Shown here: one piece after another, positions 29,365-37,828 of the stretch | Layout: every line of letters begins with the position of its first letter | How positions within the stretch are numbered: the stretch's first letter is position 1 | Assembly: GCA_947458785.1 (NCBI GenBank) | Contig: CANGZU010000001.1 | Span: forward strand, 4,269-68,268 | Reading direction: 5' to 3' | DNA from: Ignavibacteria bacterium | GTDB lineage: Bacteria; Bacteroidota; Ignavibacteria; Kapaibacteriales; Kapaibacteriaceae | Length of the DNA stretch: 64,000 bases | The notes under the pieces: generated by a model | Database searches by the model: none | What the model was told of the DNA's origin: nothing | Seen by the model: the letters and a program-made list of their open reading frames with translations, nothing else | Program-made: the position numbers and the translations under genes

Positions 29365-30104
29365 TCAACGGTAAACGCATAGTAGTTGTCATGCCGGCAT
29401 ACAATGCCGAGAAGACTCTGGAACAAACGTATCGGGAGATTCCTCTTGATATCGTGGACGAGGTTATTCTTGTCGATGATCACTCGCGCGACAACACAAC
29501 CGAGTTAGCGCACAGCCTAGGCATCCATCATGTGATTCGTCACGACTTCAATCGTGGCTATGGTGGCAACCAAAAGACATGCTACACGAAGGCTCTCGAG
29601 ATCGGCGCAGACATCGTGATCATGGTCCACCCGGACTACCAATACACCCCCACGCTTATCCCTTCGATGGCATGGATGATCGCGAATGACGTCTACCCTG
29701 TTGTCCTTGCCTCGCGCATTCTCGGCAACGGCGCACTCAAAGGCGGCATGCCTCTCTATAAGTACATTGCCAACCGCGGGCTAACGTTCATCCAGAATCT
29801 GTTCGTCTCACAGAAGCTAAGTGAATATCACACGGGCTATCGCGCATTCTCGCGCCAGGTACTTGAGACCATCAATCTTGAAGGCAACAGCGATGACTTT
29901 GTCTTCGACAATCAGATGCTGTCGCAGATCATCATGGCAAACTTCCCTATTGGCGAAGTGACATGTCCGACGAAGTACTTCGACGATGCATCATCGATAA
30001 ACTTTCGTCGTAGTTCCATCTACGGCATAGGCGTGCTGGCCACCAGCCTGCAGCACAGGCTGCACCGGTGGGGCCTTATCAAGAACGCTCGCTACAGCAA
30101 GTAG
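29361..30104 (+). CDS. Glycosyltransferase family 2
   Basis: VVMPAYN, VDDHSRD, GYGGNQK, HPDYQY, HTGYRAF. Confidence 0.9.
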   Translation: MINGKRIVVVMPAYNAEKTLEQTYREIPLDIVDEVILVDDHSRDNTTELAHSLGIHHVIRHDFNRGYGGNQKTCYTKALEIGADIVIMVHPDYQYTPTLIPSMAWMIANDVYPVVLASRILGNGALKGGMPLYKYIANRGLTFIQNLFVSQKLSEYHTGYRAFSRQVLETINLEGNSDDFVFDNQMLSQIIMANFPIGEVTCPTKYFDDASSINFRRSSIYGIGVLATSLQHRLHRWGLIKNARYSK

Positions 30105-30111
30105 GGTCGGC

Positions 30112-31782
30112 TTAGGCCTGCTTACGCACACCCACAACGTTATAGCGATTCGTCACGAACTGCCAATCGGCAAACGTAGCATTACCTGCAGGGTTACATC
30201 CCGTTCCATGGAAGTCGCTAAACGCAGCTGACTGATTGACCCACACAAAGCTGTTGAAGTTGAATGCCACCGGAGCACCAGCCATCACAATAGCATCTTC
30301 GGCCTGCTGCATCTTTGCTTCATCCGTTGTGTAGACGAGAGCAGAGAGAGCTCCATGCTCGCGAATACTCTGCTCGACGGTCTTGAGTGACTCATCGAAT
30401 GAGCCGGTTGTGATCACAAAGGAGATCGGACCGAACCATTCACGTGTATACACGTCCGAACGTGATACATCTGTGCGGAGCACAAGGGGCGAATGTGAAC
30501 GTGCCGCATCAAACCCCGGCTGTGCGATCGCTGCTGTTGCGCGGATCTCAGCAAGTCCAAGTGTGAGCGCTTCGCCGAGGCGACCTGCTGTGGTTGGATT
30601 CTGAATCGCACCAAGCGTTCCCGGGCCTGCCTTTTCGTTGTTTACGAGCGCATCGACCTTCTCACGCAGCTTCAAGGCAACATCTTCAACAGAAACCGTC
30701 GTATCACCAACCTTCATACCTGATTCAGCGATGAAGATGTTTTGTGGGGCTGTACACATCTGGCCGGAGTACAGCGACAGCGAGAATGCCAGGTTGTCCA
30801 TGGCCTTGTCCAGATCGTCTGTGCTGTCAAGGATCACGCAATTCACGCCGGCCTTTTCCGTAAAGACAACTTTGCCGTTCTTGATCGACTCTTGTTCAAC
30901 ACGTGTGCCGAATGCTGAGCCCCCTGTGTAATCAATCACCCTCACTGCTGGATGCTGAACATACTCCAGTGTAAGGGGCTTTGCGGCCGTATCTGCAGCA
31001 AGTTGGATTACATTGGGGTCGAGTCCTAGGTCCACCAGAACGTTGCGCAGCTCGGCAATCACGATCGCAATCGGATAGACCGCACCCGGATGTGGCTTCA
31101 CGATAACGCTGTTACCAGTTACTAGGCCGGCAAACATGCCAGGGGTGGTATTCCACACTGGAAATGTAGAACAACCGATAACCAGATTTATACCCTTTGG
31201 TACGATGCGATACGACTTGTCGATGTTCACGGAAAACTTGCCCATGGGCTTTGACCACTGCACAGACTGTGTAAACGAGGTCTGAGCTGCAAGCCCCATA
31301 GCAACGGCTTCGAGGGCACGGTCAAATGCGTGTGGACCCGAGGCCTGGAATGCCATCACAAAGCCCTGTCCAGTCGTGTGCTGCGTCGCGTATCCGATCT
31401 CAAAGAAATGCTTTGAACCGCGCTCAAGGGCCTCAACGAGAATAGACGCACGCTCTGCTGGCGTTAGACTCTGCCAAGCAGTCTGCGCTGCTGAAGCGCA
31501 TTCGACAACCGTGGCAACTGGAGAGCTTGGGTACGTGATGCCTAGTGGGAACCCGTAGGGAGAAGACTCATCCCCAACCCATTCTTCTCCGCCAGACAGA
31601 CGGTCGAACTTGGCATTGAGCTGCCCCTTAAACCGCGTCAAACCATCGTCGTTGGCGGTTTCGCCATAGATCTTACCACTTGGCGCTTCAGGCCAGTGTG
31701 CGTGGAATGTACGCTCTTGGTTTGCCTTGATGGCATCGGCTAGAGTTTGGGCATGCGTTGAGCAAAGTTCTGATAGCGTCAT
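30112..31782 (-). CDS. paaN: Phenylacetate degradation aldehyde dehydrogenase PaaN
   Basis: HTTGQGFVMAFQASGPHA, GCSTFPVWN, EKAGVN, YSGQMCTAPQN, NQSAAFSDFH; start codon approximate. Confidence 0.88.
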   Translation of the reverse strand: MTLSELCSTHAQTLADAIKANQERTFHAHWPEAPSGKIYGETANDDGLTRFKGQLNAKFDRLSGGEEWVGDESSPYGFPLGITYPSSPVATVVECASAAQTAWQSLTPAERASILVEALERGSKHFFEIGYATQHTTGQGFVMAFQASGPHAFDRALEAVAMGLAAQTSFTQSVQWSKPMGKFSVNIDKSYRIVPKGINLVIGCSTFPVWNTTPGMFAGLVTGNSVIVKPHPGAVYPIAIVIAELRNVLVDLGLDPNVIQLAADTAAKPLTLEYVQHPAVRVIDYTGGSAFGTRVEQESIKNGKVVFTEKAGVNCVILDSTDDLDKAMDNLAFSLSLYSGQMCTAPQNIFIAESGMKVGDTTVSVEDVALKLREKVDALVNNEKAGPGTLGAIQNPTTAGRLGEALTLGLAEIRATAAIAQPGFDAARSHSPLVLRTDVSRSDVYTREWFGPISFVITTGSFDESLKTVEQSIREHGALSALVYTTDEAKMQQAEDAIVMAGAPVAFNFNSFVWVNQSAAFSDFHGTGCNPAGNATFADWQFVTNRYNVVGVRKQA

Positions 31783-31807
31783 GACGTGAATCCTCAAAGA
31801 ATGGATA

Positions 31808-31848
31808 CAAAGTTACGCAGGCAGTACCCTTCGTAACGGGTATCTTTG
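31808..31848. promoter_or_regulatory. Divergent -7 elements TAACTTTG (-, 31808-31815) and TATCTTTG (+, 31841-31848)
   Basis: Two exact TAnnTTTG matches between divergent genes. Confidence 0.6.
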
Positions 31849-31851
31849 CGC

Positions 31852-33657
31852 ATGCAACGTTTCGTATTCGCTGCCCTACTTGTTCTTGGGGCCATTGAAC
31901 TTTTTGCACAGCCATCCAGCAAGGGCCGTGCCCATGCCGGTGTGGTCAACGGCGACACAATCTGGCTCGATGAGTATTCAAAAGAAGTTGGGCGCCGCAC
32001 TGAGTATGCCCAGCAGCGCAGCAAGGTCGATCCGTCGGAGATCATGCAACAGGCGTGGAATGAGCTCACGCAGCGCAAACTACTCCTGCGCGAATCTGTT
32101 CGTCTTCGCGTGCGGGTTACGAATGCCGATGTTGATAGCATATTTCTATCGGCTACGCCTGACTTTATAAAGCGTGGGGTTGTTGACACGAAGGGCAAGT
32201 TTGATCTTGAGCTCCTAAGGGCCATACTCTATCGTCCGGATTCACTGATCCGAGCCAACACCCAGGGTATGCCTGAGAAGGAGCGTGCCGATGAGCTGCT
32301 GCAGCTTCGTGCCTCCGTTGCACAGTGGAGGGAGATCATCGGCTTGTCTGAAACGGAGACACGCGTACGCCGCGCAATCACCGATACCGTAACGCTCGAT
32401 ACAACCGTGTTGCGTCCGCGATTCCGCGAAGCGGCTACATCGGCAACTGCAGACATCATCTATATGCCCTGCCTGAGTAATCTGCCAGCCCCCTCGATTG
32501 CAGAGACCGAGTTGTATTTCAAGGCACATCCGCAGGAGTTTACTACCACAGAACCGATGCGTAGACTTGCCTATCTGGCATGGCCAATGTCTGCAGCACC
32601 AATCGACTCGGCGCTTGTGCTTAGCAATGTGCGACGCTTCGTTGGACTCCTGAACGGGGCTCGCAACGGGCGCACCCGCGACTCATTATGGCAAAGTGTT
32701 GCCGGGACGACATCTTCCGGCACCGCGCGTCTATCGCCGGACAGTATGGCACATGCTTCGTTTTATGGACTCATCAAAGGCAAGAAGCGCTACACAGCGG
32801 TAGGCCCCATTGGCCATGCAACAGGCGTGCATGTCTTGATGGTGGATTCTGTAATCACAGTAAAGGGAAGAAAGCTCCCTGACGTTAAGGTTCGGGTTAT
32901 CGTTACCGAGATCGAGCCCTCTCGTCAAACTGTCGATAGCATCCTGCGCATCGTTGATGATGCGGCCGGGCTCTATGACCAGGGAATGGAGCTTGGTGTG
33001 ATCGCCGGAAGGTTTGGACGCACAATCGAACTCTCACCATGGTTCACTGATGACGAGAAGATTTTCGGATCGTATAGGCTTGGCGACATTGCATTCAAGA
33101 CCCAGGTGGCAGCTGCCTGCGACCCAATAGACACTCCAGAAAAAGGTGTGGTTCTGGGTGTAGTTGTCGACAGCATCGATGCAGGACCCATGCCCTTTGA
33201 CGCCGCAGCATCTCGCGTTGCTATGTTGCTCAACCGTCAACGCGGTTGTGAGGCACGTAAAGACGCCATGAAGACGATCATGGGAGTTACAACCCGCCTT
33301 GATGACGGTGTGATGTTTATTGCTGAGAATCCCAAGGGGGCTCAGATCATGCGCAACATTTCGATCCAGGGCAATGGCTTCATTGGTGAAGAACTCTTCG
33401 ATCCAGCCGCTGCCAAGGAGATCCTTGCCAAGCCTACTACCGAACTGCACGGACCATTCCTGGGCGATCTTGGCTGGTACATCGTCAACCTCACAGGCAT
33501 CGTCAAAGCCAATGATGCCGAGTTCCCGATGTGGCTCGAACTGCGCACAGAGGATCTGCTGCAAGAGCGCAAGCAGTCTGTATGGGCTGCATATCTGCAG
33601 AGCCTGCGCTCTGAAGCCAACATCGAAGACAACCGCTGGTACTACTTCCGCTACTAG
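31852..33657 (+). CDS. SurA/PpiD-like periplasmic chaperone (SurA N-terminal domain)
   Basis: Signal peptide, GVVNGDTI, QQAWNEL, C-terminal A.IEDNR..F typical of Bacteroidota PpiD-like proteins. Confidence 0.7.
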   Translation: MQRFVFAALLVLGAIELFAQPSSKGRAHAGVVNGDTIWLDEYSKEVGRRTEYAQQRSKVDPSEIMQQAWNELTQRKLLLRESVRLRVRVTNADVDSIFLSATPDFIKRGVVDTKGKFDLELLRAILYRPDSLIRANTQGMPEKERADELLQLRASVAQWREIIGLSETETRVRRAITDTVTLDTTVLRPRFREAATSATADIIYMPCLSNLPAPSIAETELYFKAHPQEFTTTEPMRRLAYLAWPMSAAPIDSALVLSNVRRFVGLLNGARNGRTRDSLWQSVAGTTSSGTARLSPDSMAHASFYGLIKGKKRYTAVGPIGHATGVHVLMVDSVITVKGRKLPDVKVRVIVTEIEPSRQTVDSILRIVDDAAGLYDQGMELGVIAGRFGRTIELSPWFTDDEKIFGSYRLGDIAFKTQVAAACDPIDTPEKGVVLGVVVDSIDAGPMPFDAAASRVAMLLNRQRGCEARKDAMKTIMGVTTRLDDGVMFIAENPKGAQIMRNISIQGNGFIGEELFDPAAAKEILAKPTTELHGPFLGDLGWYIVNLTGIVKANDAEFPMWLELRTEDLLQERKQSVWAAYLQSLRSEANIEDNRWYYFRY

Positions 33658-33669
33658 CAAACAGGATTT

Positions 33670-34242
33670 ATGTCTCTTCTTATTCTTGACCTTGGTGGGG
33701 TGCTCTTCGATATTGAGTTCGAACGTACCCGTCAAGCACTGCTTGCCCTGCCCGGCTATAATGGTACGCCCATCAACTTCGGTGTGGAGCAACAGTCGGA
33801 CATTTTTGTTTCCTACGACCGGGGTGACATCTCTACGGCTCAGTTCCGTGAGGGATTGCGATCACTCTATGGCTTCACGTGCGACGATTCCGACCTAGAT
33901 CGTGCTTGGTGTGCAATTCTCGACAAGGGTCTCTTTGTGGATGCTGTACAGCGCGTGCAGCGGTTCAAGGATACATATGGTGCAGAGCGAACTGTGATTC
34001 TGTCAAATATCTCTGAGCTCCATCATCTTGATTCTGCGCAGAGGTGCATACCTGTGTTCGATGCGGTAGATCAGGTCTACCTTTCCTACGTCATACGTCT
34101 GCGTAAACCAGATCCGCAGGCATTTCTTCATGTATGTCGAGCCGAAGGGTACGCGACGGCCAGCACTATACTCGTTGATGATTCGTGGGGTAATTGTGCG
34201 GCCGCCAGCCAGCTGGGTGTTTCCACGATACATTGGTCCTGA
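33670..34242 (+). CDS. HAD family phosphatase (YihX-like)
   Basis: DLGGVL, LSN, RKPD, VDD motifs. Confidence 0.88.
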   Translation: MSLLILDLGGVLFDIEFERTRQALLALPGYNGTPINFGVEQQSDIFVSYDRGDISTAQFREGLRSLYGFTCDDSDLDRAWCAILDKGLFVDAVQRVQRFKDTYGAERTVILSNISELHHLDSAQRCIPVFDAVDQVYLSYVIRLRKPDPQAFLHVCRAEGYATASTILVDDSWGNCAAASQLGVSTIHWS

Positions 34243-34394
34243 ACTGGCCTTTGTATCTTGTGCTATCTGCGAGTGTACCCTAGTGTAGCTGCATTTCTTT
34301 GTTCATTGCTACTCCTGCTGAATAAGCATGCAGCGCCCAGCAGCGCCTGTCTGCTAGACCTATAGTTCTACTCACATACCACAGAGCGTATCCT

Positions 34395-35054
34395 TTGCAT
34401 CCCCAATATCCGATACGCGTTGCCATTGTTGATGATCACCATGTATTCGCCGAAGAACTGGCGAAGGCCTTGCCGACCGATCAACGGCTAGCAATTCACG
34501 GCTTGTTTTCAAATGCACAAGAATGCATAGATGCACTCACCGCAGGAGCTAAGGTTGATCTGCTGTTGTCCGGATTTTCCATCCCGCCGATGAACGGCAT
34601 CGAACTGCTCGCACAGGTAAAACAACTGAGGTCGGAGATTGTATGTGTGTTGTTGACCCGGCATGACGTAGCCGATCTACACAGTCGGTGTAGAAGAGCC
34701 GGTATTGACGGCTATCTGCATAGAACTTCCAGTATGCACGAAATCCGTGAGCAACTTTTAAGAATTGCAAGTCTCGACAAAGTCAACAATCAAGACGACA
34801 TGTCAAACGATTTCAATGTTCTGTATCAGACAGCCTTATCGCCGAGTGAGATTGAAATTGTGCGCTGCGTTGTATGCCTTGAGCTCTCCTCTCGAGCAAC
34901 AGCTGAATTCTTGAACCGGAGTCATCACACAGTGGAACAGCATCGCAAGCACATCTATGCGAAACTTGGCATTGATTCAATTGCTGCGTTAACGAAATAT
35001 GCCATCTCCATGGGTATCTGTTCAGGTATAGATCCAACCAATCAAGTAGACTAG
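34395..35054 (+). CDS. NarL/LuxR-type response regulator with atypical receiver domain
   Basis: IVDDH, MNGIEL, LuxR HTH SHHTVEQHRKHIYAKLG; phospho-acceptor position reads G (LLLSGF); TTG start. Confidence 0.8.
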   Translation: MHPQYPIRVAIVDDHHVFAEELAKALPTDQRLAIHGLFSNAQECIDALTAGAKVDLLLSGFSIPPMNGIELLAQVKQLRSEIVCVLLTRHDVADLHSRCRRAGIDGYLHRTSSMHEIREQLLRIASLDKVNNQDDMSNDFNVLYQTALSPSEIEIVRCVVCLELSSRATAEFLNRSHHTVEQHRKHIYAKLGIDSIAALTKYAISMGICSGIDPTNQVD

Positions 35055-36259
35055 TGCGGCAGATCCTGTCCACGTGTCTCACGAGCCCCTAACAGTGTAA
35101 GCAATCCGACAATGTATGATCCGGCAAACAATGTGATAGCATTCTGATAGCCGCCGAGATGTTCTACAAGGACGCCGAGAAAGAAGACGCCAATTGCCGT
35201 TAGAATACGACCCATATTCATACTTAAACCCGTTGCTGCTCCACGAACAATCGTGGGGAACAACTCGGGGAGATACCCACTTAGAATACCTTGATTGAGT
35301 CCAATGAAGACGCAGATGCTGAAGGTGCCCGCGAAAAATAGGAAGGATGGTTCAAGTCCTGTTTGTAGCGTCAGTACAGTCGTTGTTAGGCATCCTATGT
35401 ATCCGATAGCGGCTGCCTTCCGACGTCCAAGTCGGTTGGAGAGCAAGCCGCTGAAAAGTCCGCCGGCAACGTTGCCAATTCCGAACATGATGTTTGCAAG
35501 CGAACGGTTCGCCTGAGAATGCTCCGGTAAACTGATCTTCGCAATGTATGTGGGCATCCAGCCCAGTACAGCCCAAATGCCCAGAAGCATAGAGCCAAAC
35601 AGGACGATGGCGACACGCAGATCAGAACGTAGCGACGGATGCCACACAGTAAGCGCTGTCGTACTCTCAGCCGCTGATACACTCGATCTCCACATGTCGC
35701 TCTCGCGCACAACAAATAGCACCGCAATGGCTAAGAACATTGCGGTGCTTGCCAAGCGATAACCTGCCTGCCAATCATCGGTAGACTGCGTGATAAGTCC
35801 AGCACCGACAAAGCCCATAGGGAAGGCATTGATGAGAATGCCAACAACAATGGAACGACTCGTGGTTGGGAATGCTTCGGAAATCATCACGACAGATTGT
35901 GCCAAGACGCTACCAACACCCACTCCCATAAGAGCTCGGGCCATGATCAGCATGGCCATTGAGTCAGCATAACTTATGAGCAGCATACACGAAGTGGCCA
36001 GAAGAACACTCATGAAGTAGGCATACCGGCGTCCGATCTTATCAGAAACCCAACCCAGAGCAAATGCACCAACCGCCCAGCCGAACAGGAAGGCAGAGCC
36101 GCCGTAAGAGCCTACCTGACGGATCGCATCACTGGGCTCGAGCCCGGGCAAGAGACTTGCAGCAATTCGCGGGACATATCCGCTAAAGAGTTGAGCTGCC
36201 ATGCCAGATGCCGCTGTACATGTCATGGCGAGAATGTAAAGCATGTGACGGTGTTGCAT
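35051..36259 (-). CDS. MFS transporter
   Basis: GWVSDKIGRR and SNRLGRRK motifs, ELFPT..RG, ETRG end, about 12 TM segments. Confidence 0.9.
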   Translation of the reverse strand: MQHRHMLYILAMTCTAASGMAAQLFSGYVPRIAASLLPGLEPSDAIRQVGSYGGSAFLFGWAVGAFALGWVSDKIGRRYAYFMSVLLATSCMLLISYADSMAMLIMARALMGVGVGSVLAQSVVMISEAFPTTSRSIVVGILINAFPMGFVGAGLITQSTDDWQAGYRLASTAMFLAIAVLFVVRESDMWRSSVSAAESTTALTVWHPSLRSDLRVAIVLFGSMLLGIWAVLGWMPTYIAKISLPEHSQANRSLANIMFGIGNVAGGLFSGLLSNRLGRRKAAAIGYIGCLTTTVLTLQTGLEPSFLFFAGTFSICVFIGLNQGILSGYLPELFPTIVRGAATGLSMNMGRILTAIGVFFLGVLVEHLGGYQNAITLFAGSYIVGLLTLLGARETRGQDLPH

Positions 36260-36262
36260 ACG

Positions 36263-36287
36263 CAAAGATAGTCGCGTGATATATTTG
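36263..36287. promoter_or_regulatory. Divergent -7 elements TATCTTTG (-, 36263-36270) and TATATTTG (+, 36280-36287)
   Basis: Exact TAnnTTTG matches; the + element sits 5 nt before the riboswitch P1 stem. Confidence 0.6.
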
Positions 36288-36292
36288 CACGC

Positions 36293-36484
36293 CGATGTAG
36301 TTGCTGTCGCTAATCACGGCAGCACATTGAGGGAAGCACGCGAGAATCGTGCACGGTTGCGCCGCCGTAACGGCAGACGATCCTACCTAGTCCTGAGAGG
36401 ACAGTCACTGCGTGTGTGTTGATGACACAATGCGGGAAGACGGTTGGAGAGGATGAAGCCGAAGTCGGAATACCTGCTACATCG
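36293..36484 (+). ncRNA. Cobalamin riboswitch
   Basis: P1 CGATGTAG/CTACATCG; AGGGAA-GCACG-cgagaat-CGTGC; CGCCGCCGTAA; CACTG..GGGAAGAC; B12 box AAGTCGGAATACCTGC. Confidence 0.88.
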
Positions 36485-36552
36485 ATTTCTACAACTGGAG
36501 ACGCTGTCTCCTCTGTCGCGCATCACGACAGACAATACTCAAGGGGCTTGCC

Positions 36553-37821
36553 ATGCGCAGCTTCATACTTGCATGTGCTCTTGCACTAACATGCACATCG
36601 AGCTTTGCCCAAAACAAAGCTGCTACTCCACCTCTTCCTTCAGCTGTGTTTTTCGACGACGGGTTCGCCCATGTGTTGTGCGCGCGCCTCGACGCTGATT
36701 ACGACGGCGAGATAGATACTGGCGATGCTTCCGCATCGTGGCTTGTGATAGACCCGGCAACGTTGAGCGTTGTGCGCAGCCAGCAGTTTGAATGGAAGGA
36801 CGTTAAAGTCACACGATCTGGGTCGTCGCTGGAAAAGGATGTTCTCGACCTTGTGATTGGCAAAGAGGTGGTACGCTATCAGACAACGACGTTAACGCCC
36901 CTTGGCAGTCTCTTTGAAGGTAAGATCTTTGGTCTTGATGCCAGCCAGGACCTGAAGACACTCTGGATGAGCGAGCGCCCGTCGTTTACAGAGCCGGGAA
37001 ATGTAATCGAGTTTAACGTCGATACCAAGCAGACCACGATCATCCCAGTTGGCGTGAACCCTCAACAGGTTTCGTATCATCAAACTGCTAGCGGGCTTGA
37101 GCAGGTACTTTTGATCTGTGAAGAGCTATTCGGTAAGGCAAATGGTACGTTCAGCATTGTTGATCTGAAGACTACACCACGTGCACAGAAGGTTATCGAA
37201 GTTGGTGATACCCCGAACTACTTTGTTACCGACGGCGATACGGCCTACGTCGTCGTTAACGGTTCTCATACCATTGTGATGGTCGATCTTGTAAAGCACG
37301 AGAAGGTCGGCACAATCGATGCGGGTACATCCGGCTTTGATGGTCCGCGAGAAGCAGCCGTATGGTTCGATCCAACATTGAAGTCCAAGGTGCTTCTGGT
37401 CTCGACATTTGATGAAGAGATTCGCATCTTTAACCTTCAGACCCGTGAACACATCAAGTCGATCAAACTGGCTGCCAAGCCAGAGGGCATCGCACTTCGT
37501 GGAAACGATCTATGGGTAACACAGACCTTCCGTAAGGACACCTACGAACCAGCCTCTGATGTGGCGATCTATGACCTGCTCAGCGCCGTCTCCGTCAATG
37601 ATCTTGAGACACCTTCGCTGCCCAAGGGCATCCTAGCTACCTCTGGCTCAGTCAGACTGCCATTCGAGCCGGGCAGCTCCGTTATAATCACCGATATCAC
37701 AGGTCGTTTGACTGCACTTTCTGCCGTAGTTTCGGGTTCGCAAACCATTGACTGTAGCATGCTGCCGCATGGCACATATCTGCTTTCCAATGGCAAGGAA
37801 TCTGTCAAACTCATGCGGTAA
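36553..37821 (+). CDS. YncE/BtuG-like beta-propeller with T9SS-like C-terminal domain
   Basis: Signal peptide, repeated IPVGVNP/IEVGDTP/AKPEGIA blades, tail ITDITGR..IDCSMLPHGTYLL..KLMR; follows the B12 riboswitch. Confidence 0.72.
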   Translation: MRSFILACALALTCTSSFAQNKAATPPLPSAVFFDDGFAHVLCARLDADYDGEIDTGDASASWLVIDPATLSVVRSQQFEWKDVKVTRSGSSLEKDVLDLVIGKEVVRYQTTTLTPLGSLFEGKIFGLDASQDLKTLWMSERPSFTEPGNVIEFNVDTKQTTIIPVGVNPQQVSYHQTASGLEQVLLICEELFGKANGTFSIVDLKTTPRAQKVIEVGDTPNYFVTDGDTAYVVVNGSHTIVMVDLVKHEKVGTIDAGTSGFDGPREAAVWFDPTLKSKVLLVSTFDEEIRIFNLQTREHIKSIKLAAKPEGIALRGNDLWVTQTFRKDTYEPASDVAIYDLLSAVSVNDLETPSLPKGILATSGSVRLPFEPGSSVIITDITGRLTALSAVVSGSQTIDCSMLPHGTYLLSNGKESVKLMR

Positions 37822-37828
37822 AAGCCTA

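Noticed and set aside
33034..33898. Long overlapping ORFs (252 aa minus, 192 aa plus)
   Set aside because: They overlap well-supported genes and show no motifs; likely frame shadows
34243..34394. Possible sRNA or small ORF in the gap before the LuxR regulator
   Set aside because: Only a 9-codon ORF and no convincing stable structure were seen
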